Source of the DNA: Clostridia bacterium
GTDB lineage: Bacteria; Bacillota; Clostridia; TANB77; CAG-508
Reading direction: 5' to 3'
Assembly: GCA_045531335.1 (NCBI GenBank)
Contig: JAZSDU010000048.1
Span: 733 to 64,732 of the forward strand
DNA: 64,000 nt
Shown here: positions 1-9,648 of the stretch, in pieces
Numbering within the stretch: the stretch's first letter is position 1
How the letters are laid out: every line of letters begins with the position of its first letter
Made by a program: the position numbers and the translations under genes
Notes under the pieces: generated by a model
What the model was told of the DNA's origin: nothing
Database searches by the model: none
The model's input: only the letters and a program-made list of their open reading frames with translations

Positions 1-462
1 AAACCTATTGTAAAAAGAAATGGTGTGCCTGTTTATTTAGCAAAACTGTCAACTGATGAAATAATAAAAAGTCCATATACTCGTTTTAATAAAGATGAGG
101 ATTATGCTGATGTTGTTGATTACTCTAAATTGTCAGTTTTGGCAGATGTAAAAATGTTGCACACTTATGGTTATTACAAGTTCTTTAAACCAAGTATTGG
201 TGAAGTGATTAGACAGATTCCAAAAGAATTGCTTGAAAAAGTTGTTGCATTCGAAATGCTTGGAGGTGAATTAGCAACCAATTCTGTTTTTAGAGCAGAA
301 TTTTATGCAGGATTTCATGTGTCTATTGTCAGATTATATCAATTAAAAGACATTGCAAATGAAGAGGCAAAACCAGCTTTTGATTATCCAAATAACACAA
401 GCAAAACACCTATTGGAATTACTGAAGAACAATTTGAAAAAATTAAACCTTTATTTTTGTAG
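1..462 (+). CDS. C-terminal part of a hypothetical protein (frame open to the window edge)
   Basis: Frame 1 is open from nt 1 (KPIVKRNGVPVY...) through the listed 25..462 ORF and is followed by a hairpin terminator. No family recognised. Confidence 0.4.
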   Translation, partial: KPIVKRNGVPVYLAKLSTDEIIKSPYTRFNKDEDYADVVDYSKLSVLADVKMLHTYGYYKFFKPSIGEVIRQIPKELLEKVVAFEMLGGELATNSVFRAEFYAGFHVSIVRLYQLKDIANEEAKPAFDYPNNTSKTPIGITEEQFEKIKPLFL

Positions 463-476
463 AATGAAAACCATCC

Positions 477-515
477 AAAAAAAGCAGAACAGTATTATCT
501 GTCCTGCTTTTTTTA
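477..515. terminator. bidirectional rho-independent terminator
   Basis: A-run, GCAGAACAG/CTGTCCTGC stem and T-run between convergent ORFs. Confidence 0.6.
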
Positions 516-519
516 TAAT

Positions 520-1539
520 TTATTCCTCTACAGTTCCATTTATTTCTTGGCAATACTCTTTGTATTGTTGCTCAAATTTTTCGTCTGTGAATTTCAAATT
601 ATATTCTTCTCTTAATTTTATTAAAGCTTTATATTTTATATATTGATCTTCTGATTCTAAAGTTTCTGCTAAAACTTCTACAATTTTATTTTCAACTTCT
701 TCAAAAGAAGGTTTTTCTGCTTTATTTACACAATATATGATATGGTATCCGAAACTTGTTTTTACAGGTGCTTTTGTGTAAGTATCTTTTTCCAATTCTT
801 TACTTGCATTTACATATTCTACTGCTAATGTATCAGAGTTAAAATTATCAAAGTCAACATCTTCACTTATTATTTTATCTTTGTATTCATCTGCTAAATC
901 ATCAAAATTTGTTCCTTCATTTAATTTAGTAATAATTTCATTTGCTAGTTTTAAAGCATTTTCATCTGTTACATTATCTGATACTTCAACTAACATATGT
1001 TTTGTATTGATTTCTCCAAATTCAATATTTTCATTATAATAATTTTCAATATTTTCTGTTGGTATTAATGTTTTAAAATAATCAATACAGTATAAATTTC
1101 TTCTGTAGTCTAATTGTAAGTAGTTAATAAAATCATCCTTAGATTCAAATCCGTTTTCCTCTAAAAACGCTTCTTCTGTATATCCATAATACAACTCATA
1201 CATATCTAAAATTGAATTTGCTTCATCTTTTATTTCTTGCTTTTGTTCATCAGTTAGCTCATAAATTTCTTTCAAGATATTAGCATCTATTGATTCTAAA
1301 ATATATGACACTGAATAATATTTTTCCATATCTTTATATAAAGTCTTTTCAGTAATCTTTCCACCTTTATATTTGGCTATTGTTTCATTTCCTAGCCCTG
1401 GAACACCTAATATTGATAATAAACATATTATAGCAGCTCCTAAAACTAATCCAATTACTCCTGAAATCCAAACTTCTTTCTTCTTAAAAACAGAAATAAT
1501 TTTCTTTTTTTCTTTTCCGCTTAAATTTTCTTCTTCCAT
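520..1539 (-). CDS. prsA: PrsA-like membrane-anchored foldase (parvulin-type peptidyl-prolyl isomerase)
   Basis: N-terminal TM helix, SurA-N-like middle region and a C-terminal PpiC-type motif (...TSFGYHIIYCV...). Confidence 0.7.
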   Translation of the reverse strand: MEEENLSGKEKKKIISVFKKKEVWISGVIGLVLGAAIICLLSILGVPGLGNETIAKYKGGKITEKTLYKDMEKYYSVSYILESIDANILKEIYELTDEQKQEIKDEANSILDMYELYYGYTEEAFLEENGFESKDDFINYLQLDYRRNLYCIDYFKTLIPTENIENYYNENIEFGEINTKHMLVEVSDNVTDENALKLANEIITKLNEGTNFDDLADEYKDKIISEDVDFDNFNSDTLAVEYVNASKELEKDTYTKAPVKTSFGYHIIYCVNKAEKPSFEEVENKIVEVLAETLESEDQYIKYKALIKLREEYNLKFTDEKFEQQYKEYCQEINGTVEE

Positions 1540-1626
1540 ATCTATATCTACACTCCTCTTTTTTAAAATATTTTACATATAGTTTATTAAAATAAGATTA
1601 AAAAATCAATAGTTTAAAATAAATTA

Positions 1627-2829
1627 TTACTTAAATTTTATATTCTTTTTTATGTTTAAATTTCCTGCTCTTGTGATGCTAGAATAACCAAATTTATTTT
1701 TTAACATATCTAATGTTTCGTCTAATTTATCTTGTTTCTTATTATTTTCAGTTTCAAATAAAGAAATTTGAACTTCATCTTTATTAGTTAACTTATCTAC
1801 TCTTAATGATATTAGCCTTATTGCTTCTCCTTTATACATGAATTTCAAAAGTTCTTTTGATATATTGTAAATATCTTTGGTATTTGATACAGGCAAATCT
1901 AGTCTTTTTTGATGTGAGAAATCTTTAAAATCTTTCGTTCGTAAACCTACATTCACAACGTTTGCAACCATATTATGTTTTCTCAATCTGTATGATACAT
2001 GTTCTGCTAATAGGGAAAGTATTTCGTTTAATGATTCTAATCCTACAATATCTTTTGCAAGAGTTGTTGAATTACCAATACTTTTTGGCTCTTCATATTT
2101 ATATACAACCTCTGATAAATCTATTCCATTAGCATACTCCCACATCATTTGACCATGCTTACCGAATTTCTTTATTAATTCATTTTTATCTGCATTTGCC
2201 AAATCTCCTATTGTTTTTATATTCATATTATATAATTTAGGTACACTTTTTCTTCCGAGCATAAATAATTCTCTAATCGGAAGTGGCCACATCTTTTCTT
2301 TAATTTGGTTTAAATATAATGTATGTATTTTATTAGGTTTCTCAAAGTCTGAAGCCATTTTTGCAAGCAATTTATTGGAACTCAGACCTATATTTACTGT
2401 AAATCCTAATTCTTCATTTACTCTATTTTGTATTTCTTTTGCTTTATCTAATAGTGTGGAATTCATCAAATATCCTGTCATATCTAAAAAGCACTCATCA
2501 ACAGAATATCTTTCAATTTTATCAGTATAGTCTAATAATAAGTTATATAGCTTATCAGAATATTCTTTATAAACATTATAATCTCCCTGGAATATTTGAA
2601 TATTTGGACATTTTTTCCTAGCTTGATATATAGTTTCTCCTGTAACAATTCCAAACTGTTTTGCAAGATTGCTTTTAGCAAGAACTATACCTGCTCTTTT
2701 AGATTCATCTCCACCAATTATTGCAGGTATTTCTCTTATATCAACTTCTTCACCATTTTTTAATCTCCAAATAGCATACCATGATAAAAAAGCATTATTA
2801 ACATCGATATGCATGATTTGTCTTTCCAT
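1627..2829 (-). CDS. dinB: DNA polymerase IV (Y-family)
   Basis: IMHIDVNNAF N-terminus and SVDECFLDMTG catalytic motif. Start moved to MERQ... behind a GGTGG ribosome-binding site. Confidence 0.85.
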   Translation of the reverse strand: MERQIMHIDVNNAFLSWYAIWRLKNGEEVDIREIPAIIGGDESKRAGIVLAKSNLAKQFGIVTGETIYQARKKCPNIQIFQGDYNVYKEYSDKLYNLLLDYTDKIERYSVDECFLDMTGYLMNSTLLDKAKEIQNRVNEELGFTVNIGLSSNKLLAKMASDFEKPNKIHTLYLNQIKEKMWPLPIRELFMLGRKSVPKLYNMNIKTIGDLANADKNELIKKFGKHGQMMWEYANGIDLSEVVYKYEEPKSIGNSTTLAKDIVGLESLNEILSLLAEHVSYRLRKHNMVANVVNVGLRTKDFKDFSHQKRLDLPVSNTKDIYNISKELLKFMYKGEAIRLISLRVDKLTNKDEVQISLFETENNKKQDKLDETLDMLKNKFGYSSITRAGNLNIKKNIKFK

Positions 2830-2883
2830 ATTACCACCATATTTATTATAGAACATCTGTTCTTATGTGTCAATGTAAAAAAA

Positions 2884-2954
2884 GGAAATTTCTAGGGACT
2901 GTCCCTAAAAAGTTGCTACTTGCTTGAAACTTTTTGGGACTGTCCTGAAATTTC
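2884..2954. repeat. GGGAC(A/T)GTCCC-type dispersed element, copy 1 (about 70 bp imperfect hairpin)
   Basis: gaaatttcTAGGGACTGTCCC...GGGACTGTCCTGAaatttc. Same architecture as 5106-5170 and 18961-19024 in inverted orientation. A GC-rich island in an AT-rich spacer. Confidence 0.8.
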
Positions 2955-2988
2955 TGAAAATTATAATTTAAATTATTATTTTAATAAA

Positions 2989-3387
2989 TTATTTTTTAAT
3001 TATCTTAAAAATTAATGCATCTTGCAAAGTTTTTGAAAAATTTATCTTTAACCTTTCTGCTCTTTCATTTAACCAATATGGTATTGTAAGTGTTTTTTTT
3101 ACTGATTTTCTCGAACTGTATTTTTCTGAATATGAACTTAAATCTAATAGCAACAAACTAACAAATTCATCTTCATCTTCTAATTTTATATCATTAATGT
3201 TACTAGCATTTGGAATTTCTTCATTTTCTTCTAATGTTGTAAGAAGCCAACCTAAAGCTGCATCTTCTGCCATTTCTATAGCCTCTTCTAATGTATCACC
3301 TTGTGTACAGCATCCTAATAAATCTGGAATCACAACACTGTACCCCAGTTCTTCTTTTTTGAAAATAGCTGGATATACTAATTTCAT
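2989..3387 (-). CDS. hicB: HicB-family antitoxin
   Basis: N-terminus MKLVYPAIF..GYSVVIPDLLGCCTQGDTLEEA is typical of HicB. It lies directly downstream of hicA. Confidence 0.75.
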   Translation of the reverse strand: MKLVYPAIFKKEELGYSVVIPDLLGCCTQGDTLEEAIEMAEDAALGWLLTTLEENEEIPNASNINDIKLEDEDEFVSLLLLDLSSYSEKYSSRKSVKKTLTIPYWLNERAERLKINFSKTLQDALIFKIIKK

Positions 3388-3402
3388 ATAAAACGCCTCC
3401 TA

Positions 3403-3606
3403 TCAGAATAAAGATTTGTATTCTTCCTTCAATCCTGCTTGTTTTAAAATTGAATTTAGAGTTCCTTTCTTTATATCTCCTTTATGTTTTGGTATTGTAA
3501 CTTTACCTGGTTTAGTTTCATGTTTATACTGTATATGTGAACCAACAGTATCGTAATAATACCAACCATCTCTCTTTAGTATTTTTTCTAAATCTTTAAA
3601 GGTCAT
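3403..3606 (-). CDS. hicA: HicA-family mRNA interferase toxin
   Basis: MTFKDLEKILKRDGW...GSHIQYKH...IPKHKGDIKKGTLNSILKQAGL. Start at MTFK behind a GGAG RBS. Confidence 0.8.
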   Translation of the reverse strand: MTFKDLEKILKRDGWYYYDTVGSHIQYKHETKPGKVTIPKHKGDIKKGTLNSILKQAGLKEEYKSLF

Positions 3607-3780
3607 TATAACTCCTTTCAAGATAATATTATTTTAACACATATTATACGTGTTGTAAATATTATTTATTTTTAATTTTTGGAAATTTTTTAGAAATTAA
3701 ATCTTTTAGAAATAATATAAGTTTATTAAACATGAATTTAGTTAAAAAATCAAGAAGAATCGTAGTTTAAATTTCGACAA

Positions 3781-3813
3781 AAAAGGTATCATTTTATTTA
3801 ATGATACCTTTTT
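3781..3813. terminator. bidirectional hairpin terminator
   Basis: AAGGTATCAT/ATGATACCTT stem flanked by A- and T-runs. Confidence 0.6.
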
Positions 3814-5062
3814 CTTTTATATATTTATCTATTCCGTACGCTGCTTCTCTTCCAGAATATATAGCTTTGCAAACAGTTGCTTTACTTTGTGATACATCTC
3901 CTCCTGCAAATACTCCTTCTACATTCGTCATGCTATTTTCATCTAATTTAATTAATCCTGTTTCATCTAATTCTATTCCTTCGTTTTCAATTAGTTCTTT
4001 ATTTGGTTTCAATCCTATTGCAAATATTACAGAATCAGCCTTAATATTAAACTCGCTATTTTCTATATCAACTACTTTTTCTGTGCTTGAATCTGTTTTT
4101 ATACAATTAATTTTTTTAATTTTTCCATCTTTAATATCTGCACTTATAACTCTTGTGTTATATATTACTTGCACTCCATCTTCTAAAGCTTCGTCTAATT
4201 CAATCTGTCTTGCTGGCATTTTAGAATCGTCTCTTCTATATACTATTGTACTTGTTTTTGCTCCCATTCTGATTGCAGCTCTTGCAGAATCTGTTGCAAC
4301 ATTTCCACCACCAATTACAATTACATCTCCAAGATTTTTTATTATTCTTTTCGCATTATATTCCTTTAAGATATAATCAGATTTATATATTTTTTCACAT
4401 GCTGCATCACTTAAATTATATGTAGATGGAATATCGGCACCTATTCCTAAGAATATAGCTTCAAATCCGCTTTCTTTTAAAGTGTTTAAATTCATATCTT
4501 TTCCGAATTCTATATTTGTTTTTATTTCTATTCCTAAACTTGTTATTCTATTTGTTAAATTTTCAGTAATGTTTCTTGGTAATCTAAACCCTGGAATTCC
4601 ATATGTTAAAAGCCCACCTATTTGTTCTTCTCTTTCAAACATAGTAACCTTGTATCCTTTTTTTGCAAGATCTACCGCACACTCTATTCCTGCTGGTCCT
4701 GACCCTATAATAGCTACTTTTATACCATTTGTTTTTTCAAGTTTATATTCATATTTAATATTGTTTTCTCTTGCCCATAAGTTAACAAATTTCTCTAATT
4801 TTGAAACACTTACAGGTTTGCCCTTAATCCCTTTTACGCAATGTCCTGAGCAGTATTCTTCGTATGGACATACATTTGAACATATATCGCTCATTATATT
4901 GTTCTCTTGTAGAATTTCATATGCTTTGTTCAAATTGTTGTTTTTAATTTCATTTATAAATTCTGGTATTTTTGTTGCAATTGGACATCCTTTTCTACAC
5001 AACGGATTTTTGCAATTCAAACATTCATTAGCTTCTTTTAGTATTTCTTCTAAATTGTTCAA
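3794..5062 (-). CDS. GltD/SudA-like NAD(P)H-dependent oxidoreductase (glutamate synthase small-subunit family)
   Basis: Two Cys clusters (CLNCKNPLCRKGCP, CSNVCPYEEYCSGHC) followed by two GxGxxG dinucleotide folds. Start reassigned to TTG 5062 behind AAGGAG, because the longer ORF start lies inside a repeat element. Confidence 0.7.
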   Translation of the reverse strand: MNNLEEILKEANECLNCKNPLCRKGCPIATKIPEFINEIKNNNLNKAYEILQENNIMSDICSNVCPYEEYCSGHCVKGIKGKPVSVSKLEKFVNLWARENNIKYEYKLEKTNGIKVAIIGSGPAGIECAVDLAKKGYKVTMFEREEQIGGLLTYGIPGFRLPRNITENLTNRITSLGIEIKTNIEFGKDMNLNTLKESGFEAIFLGIGADIPSTYNLSDAACEKIYKSDYILKEYNAKRIIKNLGDVIVIGGGNVATDSARAAIRMGAKTSTIVYRRDDSKMPARQIELDEALEDGVQVIYNTRVISADIKDGKIKKINCIKTDSSTEKVVDIENSEFNIKADSVIFAIGLKPNKELIENEGIELDETGLIKLDENSMTNVEGVFAGGDVSQSKATVCKAIYSGREAAYGIDKYIKEKGIIK

Positions 5063-5105
5063 TTTACGTTCTCCTTTTATAAATTGTAATTTGTTTAGAT
5101 TTCGT

Positions 5106-5170
5106 GAATTCAGGACAGTCCCCAAAATCCCCAAATAATTGGTGATTTTATGGGACAGTCCCTAGAATTC
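5106..5170. repeat. GGGACAGTCCC-type dispersed element, copy 2
   Basis: gaattcAGGACAGTCCCC-27 nt-GGGACAGTCCCTAgaattc. Confidence 0.8.
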
Positions 5171-5181
5171 CCTCACACAAA

Positions 5182-5715
5182 TTACGATTCATACAAATTA
5201 TTTTCTAATATATATTTATATACATCTTCTGATAAATATTCTATTACATTTTTATCATTATTTTTTATCATATTTCTTATTTGCGTTGAAGATATTTCAT
5301 TTTCATTTCTATCAATAATAATGTAATTATATTTATCTTTTATTTTATCATAATCTTTCCAGTCTGACATTTTATTGTAATTGTCTGAACCCATAATCAT
5401 AGATATGTCCCTTTTGCGACAAAATGTCGCATGGGGACTGTCCCCAACAATTTCAAATGCATCTACTGCAAATAATTTTCTATTTTCTTTTATTAAAATA
5501 TCATCTACTTCTAAATTTGTATGATTTTTAGTTGCTAAACAAAGCATATTATATCTATGTTTTGCTTCAGCTAAATCTTCTTTTTGATAATAATCATTAA
5601 CTGGTACAAAAACTACTTTATCTAATTTCCCTTGTTCTATTAAATCTCTTGCAATTTTTATATGAATATTAGTAGGAGGGTTAAAACACCCTCCAAAAAA
5701 ACCTATTTTTTTCAT
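5182..5715 (-). CDS. nadD: nicotinate-nucleotide adenylyltransferase
   Basis: GFFGGCFNPPTNIHI (HxGH-type) motif, SSTQIR motif and a C-terminal ...NNLYES as in Bacillus NadD. Confidence 0.8.
   Translation of the reverse strand: MKKIGFFGGCFNPPTNIHIKIARDLIEQGKLDKVVFVPVNDYYQKEDLAEAKHRYNMLCLATKNHTNLEVDDILIKENRKLFAVDAFEIVGDSPHATFCRKRDISMIMGSDNYNKMSDWKDYDKIKDKYNYIIIDRNENEISSTQIRNMIKNNDKNVIEYLSEDVYKYILENNLYES
5403..5447. repeat. partial GGGACTGTCCC-type element lying in frame inside nadD
   Basis: TGTCCCttttGCGACaaaatGTCGCatGGGGACTGTCCCC, translated as ...GDSPHATFCRKRD... within the NadD ORF. Confidence 0.65.
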
Positions 5716-6383
5716 ATTATTTCCTTTATTTCATTATATATATCTTCATGTATTTCATCTATTGTTCTAATTTTACTGTTCTTTACGCAATCTATTTTAC
5801 ACCAGTTATATTTGTTTGCTACTTCACATGCAGCATTATAACTATCTACTATATGATTTTTATCTCTTTCATGTATATCTTTTTGAGCTTCATGTGTAAA
5901 TTTATTTTCTCTATTTTTCATTAATTCAAATGCATATTCTGGTGGCATATTTAAGAAAAATACTTTTGTTGGTACTGGAAGTTTATACATATTAAATTCA
6001 AAATCCCAAAGCCAATCTAAAAAATTTTCTCTTTCCTTGATATCTTCTATCTTACCTGCTTGATGAACCATATTTGCAGTTGTATATCTATCTGCAAGTA
6101 TTATTCCTCCATTGTTATAGTATTCTTCTAAATCCTTTTTAAAAGTTGCGAATCTATCTACTGCAAAAAATGTTGAAGCTACATATGGATTTATATCTTT
6201 TGCATTTTCTCCAAAATCTCCTGATAAATACATTTTAACAAGTGCAGATGATGGACTATCATAATTAGGAAAAGATACTAATTTATATTCTATATTTTCT
6301 TTTTCTAATCTTTCTTGCAACTTTTTTAATTGTGTTTGCTTACCACTTGCATCTGTTCCATCTATTACAAATAATTTACCCAT
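5712..6383 (-). CDS. tmk: thymidylate kinase family protein
   Basis: P-loop FVIDGTDASGKQTQ and a DRY-like ADRYTTAN motif. Its stop overlaps the nadD start by 4 nt. Confidence 0.6.
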   Translation of the reverse strand: MGKLFVIDGTDASGKQTQLKKLQERLEKENIEYKLVSFPNYDSPSSALVKMYLSGDFGENAKDINPYVASTFFAVDRFATFKKDLEEYYNNGGIILADRYTTANMVHQAGKIEDIKERENFLDWLWDFEFNMYKLPVPTKVFFLNMPPEYAFELMKNRENKFTHEAQKDIHERDKNHIVDSYNAACEVANKYNWCKIDCVKNSKIRTIDEIHEDIYNEIKEII

Positions 6384-6395
6384 TTGTTTCTCCTT

Positions 6396-7979
6396 TTACT
6401 TTTGCATTTCTTGTTTTAAAAATTCAACTTCTTCTGCTAAATCTAATCTTACAAATAAAGGTTCACCTTTTTCTACAACTTTTAGACCTTCTTGGTATTT
6501 AGGATATTCTTTTGTGCTATCCCAAGTCATTAAATTTTCGTCAGTTATTCCTAATTGATTAAACATTTTTGGTGAAGTTTCTTCCATGTAAGGTTTAATA
6601 AGTATCGCTACTTTTCTTAAATTTTCTACTAAATGATACATTACATCTTTTAATTCTTCTGTTTTTTCTTCTTTATATAATGCCCAAGGCATTGTTTCAT
6701 CAATATATTTATTAGATCTTGATATAATTTGCCATATTTCTTCTAATGCATTACTTACATGAGCTTCATCTAATTCGTTTTCTGTACATCTTATTTTTTC
6801 ATTTACAAAGTTTTCTAATTCAATATCTAAATCAGTTAAGCTTTGTGGTTTTTCTGGAATTTGACCTCCAAAATATTTATTTATCATACCTATTGTTCTA
6901 TTTAGTAAATTACCTAAATCATTACATAAATCTGTATTAAATCTTTCTACAAATCCTTCTGGAGTAAATAATCCATCTTGTCCTATAGATAATTCTTTTA
7001 ACAAGAAATATTTTGTAGCATCTAATCCATATCTTTCTATTAATGTTTCTGGATATATAACATTTCCTTTAGATTTAGACATTTTTCCATCTTTCATCAT
7101 TATCCATCCATGTGCAAATAATTTTTTAGGTAATGGTAAATCTAAAGCCATTAAGAATATAGGCCAATATATACCGTGAAATCTTATTATATCCTTACCT
7201 ACTATTTGTAAATCTGCTGGCCAATATTTATTAAATTTTGTTTCATCTTCTGACATGTATCCTAATGCTGTGATGTAGTTTGTAAGTGCATCTAACCAAA
7301 CATATATAACATGTTTTTCATCGCCTTTTACTTTTATTCCCCAATCAAATGTTGTACGAGTTACACATAAATCTTCTAATCCTGGTTTTATAAAGTTATT
7401 AAATAACTCATTTTTTCTGAAAGCTGGTTCTATAAAGTTTGGATTTTCTTCATAAAATTTTACTAATCTATCTTGATATTTTTTCATGTTAAAGAAGTAT
7501 GCTTCTTCTTTCATCATTTTTACTTCTCTTCCACAATCAGGACATTTTCCATCTTCTAATTGTGTTGGTGTGAAAAATGTTTCACAAGGCACACAGTACC
7601 ATCCTTCATATTCACCTTTATATATATCTCCATTTTTCATGAATTTTTCAAATATTTGCTCTACTATTTTTTCATGTCTTGGCTCTGTTGTTCTAATAAA
7701 ATCATCATAATCGATTTTCATTTTAGACCATAATTCTTTTGCAGCAACTGCCATTTCATCAACATGTTCCTGAGGAGTTAATCTCCTACCTGTAGCAACA
7801 TCTTGTATCTTTTGACCATGCTCATCTAATCCTGTTAAAAAATATGCATCAAAACCTCTCATTTCTCTATATTTTTTTATTGTATTTGCAAATGTAGTTG
7901 TATAGGCTGTTCCTATATGAAATTTACCACTTGGATAATATATTGGCGTTGTTATATAATATTTTTTATTTTCATTCAT
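6396..7979 (-). CDS. metG: methionine--tRNA ligase (short form)
   Basis: PIYYPSGKFHIGTAYT (HIGH), a CPxC...CPDC zinc knuckle and KMSKSKGN (KMSKS). Confidence 0.95.
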   Translation of the reverse strand: MNENKKYYITTPIYYPSGKFHIGTAYTTTFANTIKKYREMRGFDAYFLTGLDEHGQKIQDVATGRRLTPQEHVDEMAVAAKELWSKMKIDYDDFIRTTEPRHEKIVEQIFEKFMKNGDIYKGEYEGWYCVPCETFFTPTQLEDGKCPDCGREVKMMKEEAYFFNMKKYQDRLVKFYEENPNFIEPAFRKNELFNNFIKPGLEDLCVTRTTFDWGIKVKGDEKHVIYVWLDALTNYITALGYMSEDETKFNKYWPADLQIVGKDIIRFHGIYWPIFLMALDLPLPKKLFAHGWIMMKDGKMSKSKGNVIYPETLIERYGLDATKYFLLKELSIGQDGLFTPEGFVERFNTDLCNDLGNLLNRTIGMINKYFGGQIPEKPQSLTDLDIELENFVNEKIRCTENELDEAHVSNALEEIWQIISRSNKYIDETMPWALYKEEKTEELKDVMYHLVENLRKVAILIKPYMEETSPKMFNQLGITDENLMTWDSTKEYPKYQEGLKVVEKGEPLFVRLDLAEEVEFLKQEMQK

Positions 7980-8045
7980 AAAAGCATACTCTCCTTTAAA
8001 AATTATCTTTTTTAGCTTTTAAAATTCTATCATAATCATATTAAA

Positions 8046-8082
8046 ATAGCAAGTTCTAAAAGAAACTTGCTATTTATTTTTT
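8046..8082. terminator. hairpin terminator
   Basis: ATAGCAAGTT/AACTTGCTAT stem followed by a T-run. Confidence 0.5.
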
Positions 8083-8099
8083 GTATATAATTTTATATT

Positions 8100-9113
8100 T
8101 TATAAAAATGATTTATTTGGAGCGCCTTCATCGTCAATATATATAATTTCTCCTGTTTCTGTATTGGTAACAAAAACATTATGACATAAAATTCCACCAA
8201 GTTCGAATTCATCATTTTCTACTGGTACTGCATATACTATTTTTCCAACAAATTCTTCTGCTAACCCACCATTTTCTACTCCGTCTTCTCCAAGCATTAT
8301 AATGCTATTTGAATTTTCTTCTGTTATTTTTAGCAGTTTAATATTTTCAATAGTTTTTAAATAGGTAAAATCACTTGTCAATGTTCCTGTTATAGCGTCT
8401 GTAGGATAATGTCCTCCTGGATAAATCGTATTTAATTGGTCAATTACTCCTTCTGTCTCAAGTATAAGATTTACATTTGCTAGTATACAGTATTTAACAT
8501 TATTACCCATCACTTCTATCTCTTCATCATCCATATTGGTTGGAATTGGATTATTTTTACAGTAAAGAAACGCAAATTGCAAAGCCAGTCTTTTTAAACT
8601 TGAGTCTTCATTCACATTTTCCACCCTATAATCTGTAAGTTTTTTCCAAAAATTTTGTTTTATATATTCTTGCTTATCAGCATCTGTATTTTGATAATTT
8701 TGCACCGATTTATCAAATATTTCATAAAAATTATTTGCAGCCTTTATTGCTGTTGTAAGTGATAAATTATTATAAGTAGTGTTGTACTTTTCTAATATAT
8801 AACCATACAAATCAACAACATTATCATCTGTTAGTGTTATTATAGGCTGTGTTACCGTAATATCAGCCACTTCACAATTTAATGGATATCTTTTTGCTAA
8901 TTCATCAGCTTCTGCAATAAGCTGTGCATAAATCATAAATTCTTTTTCTGCTTGTGTTGCTTGTTCTGTTTTTTCTGTAGCTGTTTTTGCTGTATCAAAT
9001 AGTCCTCCATTTAAAGCCACATTTACAGATACACCTACTAAAATCAACATTACAATTATTGTAATAATCAATGCTATAAGTGTAATACCTTTGTTTTCTC
9101 TTTTTCTTTTCAT
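8100..9113 (-). CDS. protein with a prepilin-type N-terminal (class III signal-like) domain
   Basis: MKRKRENKG/ITLIALIITIIVMLILVGVS resembles the type IV pilin/pseudopilin leader but has Ala instead of Glu at +5. The rest has no recognised family. Confidence 0.5.
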   Translation of the reverse strand: MKRKRENKGITLIALIITIIVMLILVGVSVNVALNGGLFDTAKTATEKTEQATQAEKEFMIYAQLIAEADELAKRYPLNCEVADITVTQPIITLTDDNVVDLYGYILEKYNTTYNNLSLTTAIKAANNFYEIFDKSVQNYQNTDADKQEYIKQNFWKKLTDYRVENVNEDSSLKRLALQFAFLYCKNNPIPTNMDDEEIEVMGNNVKYCILANVNLILETEGVIDQLNTIYPGGHYPTDAITGTLTSDFTYLKTIENIKLLKITEENSNSIIMLGEDGVENGGLAEEFVGKIVYAVPVENDEFELGGILCHNVFVTNTETGEIIYIDDEGAPNKSFL

Positions 9114-9222
9114 TTGTTCACCATTCCTTTCGACATTTTTATATAAAAATACTATCATAAAGGAATTTTTATTTTAATATTTTTTATGTATATTAATACT
9201 TATAAACTTTTGATGTGTAAAC

Positions 9223-9253
9223 AAAAAAAGATAACTTGTCAGTTATCTTTTTT
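9223..9253. terminator. bidirectional hairpin terminator
   Basis: AAGATAACT/AGTTATCTT stem between A- and T-runs. Confidence 0.6.
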
Positions 9254-9268
9254 ATGAGTTTGGGTTTT

Positions 9269-9610
9269 CTATACTTGTTTCCAAAACCAATCTAAGCTAT
9301 TGTCAATGCTTTTCTTTTTGTAATATTTACAAGCTATATCATCTACCCATAAATATCCGAAGAAAGTTATAAATATCATAACTAAATCTACTGCTAAACA
9401 ACTCAACAAAGTTGAATGATTTTCTGCATAATTAACTTCTGGCACAATTGCAATTTGTACACTATGAACTAGTATTAAAACTAGGAAAAATACTAATGCA
9501 ATTCCTGGAGCCTGTGGTTTTTTAATTTCCTTTCCTAAAAATATAAGTAATACTGCAGCTGCTAGTAATAGAACTAATGTTATTGGGTCTGTTACATCAA
9601 AAATAAACAT
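9269..9610 (-). CDS. small integral membrane protein
   Basis: 113-aa ORF with three predicted hydrophobic helices. No family recognised. Confidence 0.4.
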   Translation of the reverse strand: MFIFDVTDPITLVLLLAAAVLLIFLGKEIKKPQAPGIALVFFLVLILVHSVQIAIVPEVNYAENHSTLLSCLAVDLVMIFITFFGYLWVDDIACKYYKKKSIDNSLDWFWKQV

Positions 9611-9648
9611 TTTAAATTCCTCCTTTGTATATTTTAATTATTAAAAAC

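Noticed and set aside
5063-5134. N-terminal extensions of the gltD-like ORF (to 5134), the spoIIIAE ORF (to 18950) and the cotJA ORF (to 34929)
   Set aside because: The gltD-like extension runs into the repeat at 5106-5170. The spoIIIAE extension stops just short of the repeat at 18961-19024. The cotJA extension runs into the pyk terminator hairpin. In each case a better-placed internal start with a strong RBS exists.
3801-5138. Long plus-strand ORFs (3801..4376, 4482..5138), and similar ones at 9683..10441, 13719..14162, 19078..19431, 43774..44103 and 56675..57136
   Set aside because: Each lies antisense to a minus-strand gene with clear family motifs. Their translations are low-complexity (S/F/L/I-rich) and lack RBSs. 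They are shadow ORFs typical of AT-rich DNA.
7980-8099. Possible T-box leaders upstream of metG (7980-8099) and argS (13569-13648)
   Set aside because: The intergenic regions are only about 120 and 80 nt. No T-box consensus (..GGTGGTACCGCG..) or specifier/antiterminator arrangement is visible.
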